DNA of 55,739 nt, the filler included, from Basidioascus undulatus (taxonomy: Eukaryota): assembly GCA_000826855.1 (NCBI GenBank). It is 3 parts of 3 records of this genome, joined end to end, with 100 filler letters (N's around TTAATTAATTAA, not from the genome) between each part and the next. Parts side by side here need not be neighbours in the genome. Positions count along the whole stretch, not along the records: positions 18,634 to 37,158 come from JTLS01000460.1; positions 37,259 to 55,739 come from JTLS01000461.1; 1 more part is not named here. One strand, given 5' to 3'. Both the position numbers and the translations under genes were made by a program. This document shows, one piece after another, positions 36,535 to 48,705 of this stretch. Below the pieces are notes generated by a model. It ran no database searches. It had not been told where the DNA came from and worked only from the letters and a program-made list of their open reading frames with translations. The number at the start of each line of letters is the position of its first letter. Position 1 is the first letter of the stretch.

Positions 36535-37158
36535 ATGGCGATCCCCGCCCCGGCGTCCCTGCGCCAGCCGCGCCCCGCCCCGCCCCCCAAGCCAAAGCAC
36601 CTCTCCCTCCGCTCCTTCCCCGACAACCTCTCCTTCTCCCGCCCGCCCTCGGTTGCGACCGAGGACGCCGTAACGCAGGCGTGGGAGGCTGAGCTGCGCG
36701 CGCACTTTGGGCGGCCTGTCAGCGTCGTGAGGCATGAGCCGTCGGAGGAGGCACCGCAGGGAAAGGCGCGACAGGACGAAGCACAGGAGGAGGAAGAGGA
36801 GGTGGAGGTGCTTGATGGGGAGGCGGATGCGGGGGCGGAGGGAGTGGGAGAGGGAAGAGAGGCACGCGCGCTGTTCGATTTCCAGGGAGAGGCGCAGTGG
36901 AGAGAACTGTGAGCGCTGTCCCGAGCCTCCGAGCTGTCCAGTTGAAGCTGACGGGATTGGGAGTGAAACGCAGGACCGTCTCCGCCGGCGAGTCGTTCCA
37001 CATCCTTACCGAGGACGTCGCCGAAGGGTGGTCCCTGGCGGTCACCTCCTCCACGATCGGCCTCATCCCGCGGACCTACTACACCTTTATAACCGACTTC
37101 TCCCTCAGTGGGAACCGTTACATTCTCACCTTCATCGATGACCATTCATGGAAGCTCT
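36535..37158 (+). CDS. SH3-domain protein (possibly SNX9-like sorting nexin), 3' truncated by gap
   Basis: ARALFDFQGEAQWREL|TVSAGESFHILTEDVAEGWSLA...GLIPRTYY matches the SH3 consensus (ALYDF..EL..GW..G.IP..Y). One intron near 36910-36973. Confidence 0.78.
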
Positions 37159-37258
37159 NNNNNNNNNNNNNNNNNNNNNNNNNNNNNNNNNNNNNNNNNN
37201 NNTTAATTAATTAANNNNNNNNNNNNNNNNNNNNNNNNNNNNNNNNNNNNNNNNNNNN
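37159..37258. other. Assembly gap with artificial six-frame stop linker
   Basis: 100-nt block of N with TTAATTAATTAA at 37203-37214. Confidence 0.97.
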
Positions 37259-37974
37259 GGGCGGGGGGGGGGGGGGGGGTGTACTCCCCAAGTTCTCCTC
37301 GACTTCGTCATCCTATGCCCTAACAGTCTCCACCCAAACAAGCAAAAGCGCGAATGCAATTCGTACACCCAGACCATCAGCCCCCTTTCCCCGGAACCCT
37401 AAAGCAATTCAAGGCCCGAGCATGGCGAGGATGACGCTCGTCGACTCCTCCTCAGCATTCACGTCACCGACATAGCCAAGCCAGCCGTTACCAATCTGGC
37501 TAAACAAGACCGTGTCCCTATCCAAGCTCGGCTGGCAAACCCCGACTGGAAAGCTGCAGCCGCTGCCCTGCAACTCGCGGCTTGCCCGGCACAAGCGATG
37601 CCACCTCGCTGACGCTGACTTCTGAACGAGTCACCTTCCACGCTTACAAAAGGTTGTATAAGACAACAAAATGAGGCAGAGTGCTTTTCGCATCTATGGC
37701 AGCGGTTTCGACTCCCCTGCCATGTTGTACGCCAAAAACGCACTGTATCGACGCTGTCTTAAGCCGCAGGGTATTCATCATCTAAGGGGCTTCTTAAAAG
37801 CACTTTCGGAGGCCGGGTTATTCCTCCCTATCAAAAAGCTCTTGCTCCACCTGTCCAAATTGTCTTCCAGGTGACTCCGAATGTCAATTCTGTGGTGCAC
37901 ACTGCACTGCGCTGTCGTAGCGCATCGTCATGAGCCACCAAGCCCCATACAACATTTTGGCAATGTACGCCAAT

Positions 37975-39914
37975 TTACAGCTCGTCGTGAGCGGCCTTGC
38001 TGCCGGAAGGCTTGAAGCCCGGGGAGCTCGTGAGGAGCTGGAGCTGGAGCGTTGCAATGCAGTAAGCAGTGTTTTCACTGTAGAACTCTGGAAAGAAGTG
38101 AAGAAACCTACCAGCTCATAACCAATGTCAGCAGCCAGCATCTGCGTCTGCTCAGCGTTCGTGTCGAACGGCGGGGAGACCTCGACGATGTCCGCGCCGA
38201 CAAAGTTCAAGCCTTTGAGGTCACTATTGAATTGGACATTTAGAATCCCCGATGAAACTCTTGAGGGCCAGATCACGTACCGAAGCACGCGCTTCACCTC
38301 GCGAGAAGACCAGCCGCCGGTTTCGGGAGTGCCAGCTGTGCAGCAAACGTTTGTAAGCCAGTTTCGCAAGGGGAGAGAGACACGAAACATACTGGCTGGA
38401 GCGGCGCTCGGGTCAACAACGTCAATGTCGAAGCTGAAAGTCAAGCGTGAGTAGACGGTTAGTGTTGAGGGACTGGAGCCCTTGATGATAACGCACGTCA
38501 GGTAAACCGGACCGTCGCCGACGCGCTTGCGGATGGCGGCAGCGACGCCCTTCGGGCCAAGCTCGTCGATGTCGTCGGCTGCGTTTAGGTGCGCGTTTTT
38601 GCGTTAGCTAACAGGACTATAGGGTACGGCTCTTCACTGTCGTACCGGTGATAACCTGGAAGCCGCACGCCTCGTCGTCCTTGAGGTCTTGCTCGTCCTG
38701 TTGAAGGAGACCGAGACAGTGTGAGTCAGGAATGCCACTGCAGCCAGTTTGAGAACCTTGTCAGTTGAGACGTACCACAAGGCGGGTCCGGATTCCAGCC
38801 TGCACGCTCCGCTGCGAAAGGATGCCCTCGTTCGCGGCGTGGAAGTTCATGTTGCCGTGCGTAACAGGCCTGCGGCAGAGGTGCAAGCGATGAGATTCGG
38901 TCTTGTTTGAAATCAACCCAAATACGCACGCTTGCTTGGGGTCGCCGCTGAAACCGTACTTGGTCTGTAACGACAACGTGATCAGTCAACTCAAAGCTTG
39001 TAAAGTGGTTTGCGGAAAGCCTACTGCCGAGCCCCAGCAGTCGTGGTGGGAGTCAAGCTGGATCAGAGTGATGGGGCCGTGGATCTTGGAGAGGGCGCGC
39101 AGGATGGGGAGACTGCATGCCGGACAGGTTCAGCTCGCCGCGAAGGAGATGAAAGTTGCACGACGCACAGGATCGAGTGGTCACCGCCAAAGGTGAGGAG
39201 GCGAGGGTGAAGGATGCCCTCGCTTGCAGAAGGTCGAGAGATCAGCGTGTCGTAAGCAGCCTCCATCTGCTTGACGGCCAACTTGTTGTCCACAGAGATG
39301 ATGGGCGCGTCGCCGCAGTCGACCATCTTGTAGCCTTCTGATCAACATTTGCGACCACCCGTAAGCTTCCAAAAAGTGTATGAGATTTGCTCGGATAACT
39401 TACCGCTGTAAGGGTTCCGCTTCCACCAGTGGCTGTAAGCAGCCGTTGGGTCCTGACGCCGGCTGCCCATGCGGATGCCTTGCGGGCCCTGTATGTTGAC
39501 GGCGGTTACAGCTTGCGCGAGCATGAAGGAGAGGGGATCAGGCTTACGAAACGGGTGCCAGTGCGGTAGGATGCAGCGGTGTCAAATGGAAGGCCCAACA
39601 CGCCGATGTCGAAGCGAGTGTCCGGCTCGACTGATGGACGAGCCTCGAGTCAGTGCAACATAACTAGATAACGGGCGCTCGAAGGCGACGGACTCAGACA
39701 TTGCTCCCAAGGCAAGTGAGCGAAAGTAACGATGCCCGAAAACATGGGAGCTTTGATCGCCTTGTATGTATCTAACGGCGTCTTCTGGTATCAGCACAGT
39801 TCGAGAACCACCTCCAATAACGAACACAAACGAACCCCATGCCTCCGCAGGACGCTCGTCCGCAGCGGCAGCACCGCAGACTACTAGAGCAGCAATGACA
39901 AGAGGAGTGAGCAT
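37975..39914 (-). CDS. Ureohydrolase (agmatinase/guanidinobutyrase-like) with signal peptide and C-terminal HDEL
   Basis: [93 protein letters not shown]; last exon [22 protein letters not shown]. Confidence 0.9.
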
Positions 39915-40390
39915 GTGGGCGACGATTTGGTATAGTAATGATAGGAGATTGAATGAGCCCGTTCTGAGGGGAGTGGCTTTGGGACAAGGAGGACGAGAAG
40001 ACATTGTGGGAGCATCACCGCCCTCGCCGGTGCTTTCGAGCCGACGCTTAATTGGCGTCATAAACCCATACATTTTGGAATACAATGATACGTAGTACGA
40101 TACTTTCAAGGCACAGGGATGCCTGGACACGCGTACCGCCACTCAGCTGCCCGGCTTATCTACCCGCGCGCGTGACCCGGCGAACGAGCTGCAGGCCCGG
40201 AGGAATCACTGAGCAGGTACTATCTCGCCGCCGGCCTTTCGCTTGGCCACTCAAAGTCGGGCATCACATCGAACAAACAGAACAGCCTCCACCCACAAGT
40301 TCTTTCTCCCCAGGCGACGCTTGCGACTCACTGCGACACGCTCTTATCTGACTGAATGCCCACGGGGGAAGACGGCAGCAGCACTCACAG

Positions 40391-40396
40391 TATAAG
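40391..40396 (+). promoter_or_regulatory. TATA-like box upstream of the permease
   Basis: TATAAG about 95 nt before ATG 40489, followed by a pyrimidine-rich leader. Confidence 0.4.
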
Positions 40397-40488
40397 GGGA
40401 GCTGGGCCTCTGTCCTCTTCTCAAACTCCCATTTACCTGCTGCTCAAACTACACATCCTCCCATAACCTCTTATTGTCTTCTTGCAAC

Positions 40489-43116
40489 ATGGGCTCAAAA
40501 CCTTACGCCGAGCCTGAGAAGGGTGCCGTGCCCATCGATGTCGCGTCGTTCCAGGCGCCCTCGCGCACCCCAGCGCAATTCACCACCAAGCGGGTGCTCA
40601 GTCGAAGACAAGTGCAAATGTACTCCATTGGTGAGTGGCAATTTACGGTGATGGGGGGCCTTGAAACTGAACTGTCATCGTGACTTGCAGGCGGAGTGAT
40701 CGGGACTGCTGTTTTCGTCAGCATCGGAGAAGCATTGAGTGCGTCTCATGCTCGCTTTCCCCCTGTATAAAGAAGTAGGAGCTGAAAGATATTTAACAGC
40801 CAAAGGCGGGCCGCTCTCTTTGCTACTGGCGTATATCGTGTGGTGTGCGGTGATTTACTGGTGCGCCTCTATCACATCCGGATGCACTGCTGGGTAACTG
40901 ATTTCTGAAGCGATCCCAGCGTCAACGAGTGTCAAGCGGAGATGGTCAACTTCTTGCCAATTGATAGTTCCTTCAACCGCTTCGCGACGCGCTGGGTGGA
41001 CGATGCCTTCGGTGCAGCGGTACGCCGTTTTGACTTCGCGTGACTGCCGACCGGGCTGACAGCTCTGCCCCCCTCTCTCTGATTTTTCTCCGGTTTCTTA
41101 CATTAAAGACTGGATGGAATTATCTACTTGCCATGGCGAGCTTGTTGTGCTTCGAGGTAACGGCTTTGCATACGGTGCTCGGCTTCTGGTCCGATGTGGG
41201 TATCTTCGGCTGGTCGTTGGCGTGGCTACGAGACTGACTGCTACGGCCTTACAGGCAATCCACCCCGCTATCATTCCTGCTGTCATGCTGACATCCTACG
41301 GCATTCTGCACTTGTGGTCCTCCCGCTGGTTCGGTGAATCCGAGTTCTGGATCGTGCTATGTACGCCAATTTGTCTAGGGTGCATGGGGGTCGCAGAAAA
41401 TACCACTAACAGCTATTGCAGGCAAAATTATCCTGATGCTCGGGCTTTTTATGATGACATTGGTGACAATGTGTGGTGGGAACCCTATCAAGGTGCGTTG
41501 CTTTGGCGGGTTTGGGCAAGCAACAGCGCTCAGCAGCTGATGACGGTGTCTCCTCACAGGACGCCTTCGGCTTCCGATCCTGGCGCGAGCCCGGCCCCGT
41601 TGCCGAGTACAGGGCGACGGGCTCCAGCGGGTACTTTCAAGGCTTCTGGGCATGCTTGCTCAACGCGGGTTTGTGCGTACTTCTCCCTTCATGCTCATGG
41701 GGGCGTGAGCGGGCCTTGCTGACGTTATTTGTTCAAAACATCAGTGCTGTCGCCGGACCCGACATGCTTAGTCTCATTGTGAGGAGAGTATCGAGTCTTG
41801 CAAAAGAGGGGTTTTTAACGTGAAATCTGGTTTACAGGCTGCCGAGACCATCAACCCACGAAAAGTCATGCCGACTGCCTTCAAGACGGTTTTCATCCGT
41901 CTGATCATTTTGTAGGTGGCTTTTGCACTCCATATCCCCAGAGGTCCTTGACTGACGTTTACAATCTTTTAGCTTCGTTCTTTCCGCCCTCGCGGTCGGT
42001 ATTCTCGTGCCCTACAACGACCCAACCCTGCTGGCTGCGATTGAGAGCGGGCGTCCGGGCGGTACGTATCAGTTCAACCTTGATTAAATGCAATTGCCAC
42101 AAATCTGATCATGGAACTAGGGATTGACAGCCGGCCGTTCCCCTTACGTTGCCGCCATGACGCGCCTCAAGATCCCGGTCTTGCCGCACATCGTTAACGC
42201 GGGTATCGGTACGCGTATATTCCTGATCACCAAAGCGGAGTGCTTCTGAAAGTTTAAACACCACTCTTTGAATTGCAGCCACTTCCATCTACTCGGCCGG
42301 CAGCGCCTTCTTCTTCAACGGCTCTCGAACTCTGCAGTGCGTGCTTGCATCACGACATACTGCAAGACCATAGTCTGATCATTTTCTTCGCGATTGAATT
42401 GGCAGTGGCCTTGCTTTGGACGGATATGCTCCACGATTCTTGCGCCCTACCAACCGCAACGGTGTACCCTGGGTTGCATGCCTTGTTACGCTCGGCATCG
42501 GCTGCCTGAGTTTCCTGCAAGTTTCGTCGGGGACCAACAAGGTTTTGAACTGGTGCATTTCTTTTTATCTCCTGCTGGGATGAAGAGCGCAAAAACTGAA
42601 GTCACCTTTCTGGACAGGTTCATCAACGTCGCCACCGCCGCGCAGATTGTAACGTGGATCGCCATGTGCATCACGTACCTCCGCTGGCGCAAGGCCATCC
42701 AGGCCCAGGGAATTCCGCGCGAGTCGTTGCCCTATTGCTCGTGGTGCCAGCCGTACGCGGCGTGGTTCGGCCTGTTCGGGTCCGTCATCGTCACGCTCTC
42801 GAACGGGTACCCTGTCTTCCTCAAGGGCGGCTGGGTCACTGCCGACTTGTGAGTCTTGACTTTGCCTTGCTTTGAGAAACATTGGAACTGACCCATTGCT
42901 TTGGTTGCTCTTAGCATCTTCGCCTACGGCTCGCCCATCTTCTTCGTCTTTGTCTTCCTCGTCCGCAAGGTCATCCATCGCACGCTATTCGTTCGTGCCG
43001 CCCACGCGGACCTCGTCAGCGGCATGGAGGAGGTGGAGGAGCACGAGGCGAGCCTGGCTTCCGAGGAGTCGTCGGGCAAGAGCCCATGGAAGAGGGCCTG
43101 CAGCTGGGTCTTGTGA
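40489..43116 (+). CDS. APC-superfamily amino-acid permease, AGP2-like
   Basis: KRVLSRRQVQMYSIGGVIGTAVFVSIG, GGPLSLLLAY, RWFGESEFW, DAFGFRSWREPG, AETINPRKVMPTAFK.VF.RL, SPYVAAM..LKIPVLPHIVNA, QPYAAWFG, ADLVSG. Confidence 0.9.
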
Positions 43117-43233
43117 TGGACATCGTTGTGATTGATAGAGGATTCGACTTGCATGTTGTTATTTGTTGTTCTACGCCATATACCCATTGACGGCTCTCTC
43201 AAATGTGTATGTGGCCTGCAAAAAAAGACTCAA

Positions 43234-43352
43234 GATCGCAGGCGAAGCGGTACCAAACCTTTAGTTCTGACAGGGATATTCACGCCTGGCGGGTGGGAGA
43301 ACGAATCAGTTGCGATGTGAATTTTTGATATACTTTATGCTTGCATATAAAC
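43234..43352 (+). ncRNA. Candidate Sm-class snRNA-like element (U5-like layout)
   Basis: ATCGCA (43235-43240) pairs with TGCGAT (43311-43316) and is followed by Sm-site consensus AATTTTTG (43320-43327) and a short 3' hairpin. The canonical U5 loop GCCUUUUAC is absent. Confidence 0.3.
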
Positions 43353-43910
43353 CGAAAAAAAAACGTTTCTATGTCTTCTTCTGCTTCTCCTGTCCCAGGG
43401 AAGCTCAGCTGCTAGCCTTTCGCGGGCGGGCGATGGACTGTTAGTCGACTGGTCCACGCGGGCAGGTCTTGGAAAGGTTGTTGTTATACGGGGTTTATTT
43501 CATTGGACAACCTATGAAGGGGCACAATTGTCCTTCTGAGGTGCGGTCAGACGAGTTCCGCGACGGCGGCCTCAAAAATCGCGCAGAAGGGTTAGGGCAG
43601 GCGCGACGATTGTCGGCATGATTTCTAAGTGAAAGCCAGGGGAACGTAGGACGGCGTTGAGGTTCCAATACATGACAGGCTCGACATTCCATGTATAGAA
43701 GACACGAGACGCTGATTGGAGCATTCGAGTGTTCAGAGACTGAGGCTCCATTCCTGTCCGACACATATTCAACCAGACAGCGCTCCTAATCTTCGGCAAG
43801 CAATGAAGAATAACGACAGTACAACAGATCCTAAACAGAATCGCAACAAGCCAACCAATAAAGACCCAAGGAAAGACGAGTTAAACCAGGGAGACCCTTC
43901 AGGCGCAGTA

Positions 43911-44655
43911 TCACGAACAACCGAGTCGGCGACGGGGGCGGGGTGAGCGGCCCCTTCCCAGTCGGGGACGGCGAGCGCGAGAGGAAGCGGCGGAGCTTGC
44001 TGGGCGAGGGTGGCGGCGTGAGGGGGAGGGGAAGGTCGAGCGTCGAATCGGAGAAGCGCGACGGTGAGTGGTCGTACAGGTGCGCCGGGCAGCGCGTGCA
44101 GTTGATCGAAAAGGGATCGATATCCGCGTAAGGGTCGGGCGACGAGACGTCGTACTCGAACGTCGGGCGGTAGGAGTCTTCGCTTTAGATGGACGCGGAG
44201 TCCGCACTCGAGAGCGAGCAGTGTCCGATTCGTAGAACTCGAACGCGACGTGCTTCGAGGCGACGTGCTTCGAGGCGACGGACTGGCGGCGACGGTCGGG
44301 AGTAAGGAGGTCCTCGACGTTGTCGAAGCCGGTCTCGGCCAGGAGCGTCGCCCACTCCTCGTCCATCGTCTTGAACGGCGGCGTCGCTGCAGCAAGAGCC
44401 GGAGTGGTGGGTAGGGCACTACAGAGCGAGAAGAAAGTCGCAAGTCAGCCTCGACCTTGGAACAGCGTATGCGTAGGTTGAGCAGGACGTACCGACTCGA
44501 AGCTGCAGCGGTGCAACGCCTCGACCGAGAGGGGCTGCGCACATGAACGGCTCGATGGGCGACAGCGGGCGGGGAACGTAGACGGGGCCGGACGTCGGGG
44601 TGGCGTCGGCGGAGCGGGTGCGGCGGAGGCGGGGGAGGAACGTGAAGGAGCTCAT
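43911..44655 (-). CDS. Hypothetical low-complexity Arg/Ser/Pro-rich protein
   Basis: ATG 44655 (MSSFTFLPRLRR), one probable intron near 44491-44420, then MDEEWATLLAETGFDNVEDLL with an in-frame 15-nt repeat (VASKH x2). Confidence 0.5.
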
Positions 44656-47600
44656 CGTGGGTGAGGGTGGGGGGATGGGCGAAGGTGCGAGGGGTGCGAG
44701 GGACAGTGTGCGGGTGAGTGCGAGTGGGTGTGAGTGCGACTCAGGGCGTGCAAGTTTGGAGTGAGGAGGGTATGGAGAGAGAAGGATCCCAGGAAGCCCG
44801 CCTTTTATCCCCATCCCTCCCTCCCCCCGAATCCTTATCTGTGCGTTCCTTAAGCATGACCAGGGCCCCAGCGCACCGAGGCATGCGATAGCGAGCAGTC
44901 GCGGAAGCGAGCGAGTGGGGGTCGGTCGAGGAAGGCAAGGCGGATGGTAATCCGCGCGCCTCGGTCGATGACCGGGCTGGCCAGTCCATTTCGAAAGCGG
45001 CGAGATTCTACGCCTTTGGAGCCGTTGAAAAGGGAGTGAGTAGAGCGAGAATTGCAGCAGCGATCAGTAGAGGATGTTGCTGGAGCGAAGGGCGGGCGTG
45101 GGAGAAATAGGCAGTTCGTTGAGCAAGAGAGAACAGACGGTCGAAGGGGCGGTGCCTCAACCTGAATCTGCTCGCGCCGGACCTCTCGCGGCTCACCCTT
45201 CGCTAGCCCTGCTTATCAGCCAGCTTGTCTCGGTAATGAATCGAATGAAGTGTTTCGTATCGCCCGGGCCGAATAGGGTCTCTCACGACGGGACATTCCG
45301 GGGCTTCGAGGGGACCAAGGCTTCGAGGGGATTTCGAAGGGACAAAGAAGCAAGGCTGAGTTGCCGGCGTGAATTACCATTGCCAGGGCGAAGGAGCTCG
45401 AGAATAGCTTATTGATAGATCGGAAAAGACGACCATAGAGAAGATCCTTAGATGAACTTGAACGGAGTGCGATCGAAGGGAAGTCGACGCGGAGGTACAG
45501 CGCGAGCGCATCGCCGCTTGTGTTCAATGTATCGAACAGCTTGATCGAGAAGATCCACGAGACTGTGCGTTATCCGTGATATTGGTGTACCGCGGTCCAG
45601 GGACGCCGGCGCAGTTGAGAACGAGAAGCGAAGGGTGAGCGTCTCCGGTTTCGAATTACGCTGGCGGACGCCGGACGCCAGAGGCCCCTAATTCGATGCT
45701 CCAGGATGTGGTTTAACCCTTGACTGCAGCGAAGACCCGAATATGGAGGTTGATGATGGCTGCGAGAAGACGTGATGGAGCGTTCGCACGCACGACGAGG
45801 CGACGCTCCCACACGTAACCTCAGCTCAACGACTTGTGACTTCAACGCATTCAGAAGTAAGTTTTCTATAAAATCCACAAGCCTGAGAACAGAAAGTAGC
45901 AGCGGGGCCCTAAACTTTCCCCAACACCCATTGCTCAACGCCCTGTCCCCAGATGATGGATCATGGCATACTCCTGTGCCTCTTGCGACTGTGTGAAGTC
46001 TACAATTCATTCAACCTGGTCCGAACAGGTAGGCGAACTTACTAGTCGGCAGAGAAAGGGGTGTTCAACTCCACACGCTGCTGCACACCCTGCGTCCCCA
46101 GCCTTCCTTCAGCGAAACGCTGACGGCCGGTGTTCAAGTTGAATGCCTATCAGTTTGAGCGGGAAATTCAATATAAGCATTAAAGACCACACTTGGGTGA
46201 CAAGGGGAATCGGTTTCCCATGTCACTGCAAAGCCTTGAGCCCACTCGGCCCAAGCAGAGCGTTTCGTTTGGCCCTCACGCCCCATTTGCAGTGCTGTTA
46301 TCATTCTTTAAATTAGCGATAATTAACCCTCAAGAAATAACTCTTTGTAGCTTTATAATATAGTGGAACGACTACTGGGAGCGCGTGTACCGTCTGCAGA
46401 ACTCTGCATCGCCGGTTGGCTGCACAACATTGCAGTTCGCGCTGTGAGAAAATTTCGAGAATTTGAATCCAGGAGGCTACCGACTTCGGACGGACGAGTT
46501 CACGATGTCAGTTGTTGTGCTTCGGCCTTGCACCCGGACCTCCCGTTAAGGCTGTCCCTCTGTTCGGGAGCTACAAAAACACCTACGGAAGACCCGTCCA
46601 ACTCTACCAAATGAACTGTAAAGTCTCACGGAGAGCAAGGTTTTCACCCAACTGCGTCGCTTCGTGACCGTGCAACAGGAGACTGGATAGCTTCTTCAGC
46701 TCTCTCTCACCAGCAGGTCCACAACCACTTCAGCGCTGAGGTACAAAGCAAACCAGCTAACGGCCCATTAGACTGGTTCTTTTCCCGTTGCCTTCTCTCA
46801 CAAGAGTCTCTCTCCTTCCAATGATCCCGCTTATCCTCAACCTTCATGGCCAGGCAGCTCGCTACGGGCGTTCCCACTCCCTCCTTCCTCATGGGAAAAG
46901 GTCATTTGAAAACAAATTTGCAGGAGATTCAACTAGGTCTCCTCAGCTCGCCAAATGCACTCAATGCTCAACCCACCCGTAGGCAAAAACTCACTCCAGC
47001 TTCATCGATCACCGGACACCTCGTGTTTTCCAGCCATTCCCAAATCTGCAGTGCAAAGCCCGGCGTTTGACCTGTAGCGCACTGCAGCACGTTGGGCAGT
47101 TGACTGTGCAGGTGCAGACCGTGAAAGGCTGGGAGTGAACAACTTGCCACGGGAGTAACTCAGGCGGGTTTTCAGCGCGAATTGCCGCATTCCTAGCGCA
47201 CGTCCCTTTGTGGAGCGTCCAGTCGAGCTTCTGGTATCTCTCGGAGCAGGAAGAGACTGCAAAGGGGGGATATTGGATTCAGGGCCTGTCTCTCCTTCCC
47301 ACTGTGGACACATCGCCCAACGCACCTTCCCGGCAACGTCCGCACACACGATGTCTCAGGCCATCTGGCTGCACCGGTGTCCCTATCAATTAGAAGTGAT
47401 GCTCACTTAGTTTTACTGGTTCTGCAAATCTGCCCGCTGTACAGAGAGATGAAGTCGTCCGGCTCGGCTGCCGCACGCTTCGCGAGGCTGTCTTCCAGGG
47501 CGTCCCAGTCGCCACGGTCGACGAGGTCCTTCTCTGAATGTAGCCTGAGTGGGGCCACTCAGCATAACATCCTTGGAAAGGGTTTGGGGAGATATGCTGG

Positions 47601-48705
47601 AGTGCGACAAACCAGTCCCTCATCTCCACGGTCCAACACTTGCGACCGCGTCCGAACTGTGGCTGTGCAACTTGGCCGGCCCAGCCTGACCAGGTCAGCC
47701 AGCCGCCCTCCTCCAGAAAAGTAAAAAAGGACCTACATTCGACTTTCTCCTTCTGCCTTCTGGCCCTCGGCTGCTGCTGCCCGACCTGCAAGTCTGCGTC
47801 TCCGCCGCTCCCGAGCTCCCCTTCCTCCTCCTCCTCCTCCTCCAGCAGATCTCCCTCAACCACGAGGAGAGTGGAATGCCCTGCAGGAAGGGTGTGATGA
47901 TCGTTGGAAGCCGTAGTATGTGTTGAATACGGGGTTCGAGCCCTGTGGACAGGCATTGAAGGGTCACTGATGCCTTACAACACAGGCATCCAAAGCTTGC
48001 AGAGAACTGTTTGAAGGAGAATTAATCCAATTGGAATTATCCTACCTTGAAGAACTTGTAAACAGTCTGTTCAGGTATAGTGAAACTGCTCAGTGAAGTT
48101 GAGGTGTAAGCGTTCAGGTCCAAAGGAGGAAGGTCTCGAAGCGGAAGCTGAGAGGGAGCCCTGAATAAGAGTCAATCAAACATGTAATTCAACCTATGGT
48201 GCAGCTGTGTGTGCTCGTGGAGCTCCGCCAGGTTGGCTCCTGAGCTACAGCGTGTAAGCGGAGCAGAAGGGCATGAACGGCGTACCGAGAATGCAGCGGC
48301 TTTGCCACGCTGCCGGGCACCATGATGTTGGACTTTTCATACGCGTTTCATCAAGACACTTCAAGTTTTACACACTCACAGTACACGTTTTGATGGTCCA
48401 AATCTTCAAGCAGCTATGAAGGAAACACTGACCTGGGCAGACGGCTGCAGGCGGCTATACTAAATTGACCATGGAACCGCCATGTCGGTAGTTGCAGTAA
48501 ATTTGCCTCTCTGGCAGTATCAATGCGGTGCTGCAGCTTTCCCAACAGAAGCGCATATCTTGTGCGAAGCACTCGCTTTCATGGGGATTCACCAACAGCT
48601 ACGCATAAAAAAGACATTTCGGCAAGCAACTATCATTCCTGCATATAGTGCCCCGTCCGCCCCAACAGCTTCCTCTTCCCAAGCAAGTGTAAACCCCCGT
48701 GCATC

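Noticed and set aside
47929..47946. GGTTCGAGCCC T-loop-like hairpin as a tRNA
   Set aside because: Stem register does not fit a T-arm, and there is no D-arm or acceptor stem
45200..48400. Possible degenerate mobile element
   Set aside because: Short coding-like patches are interrupted by stops, with no recognisable family motif or terminal repeats
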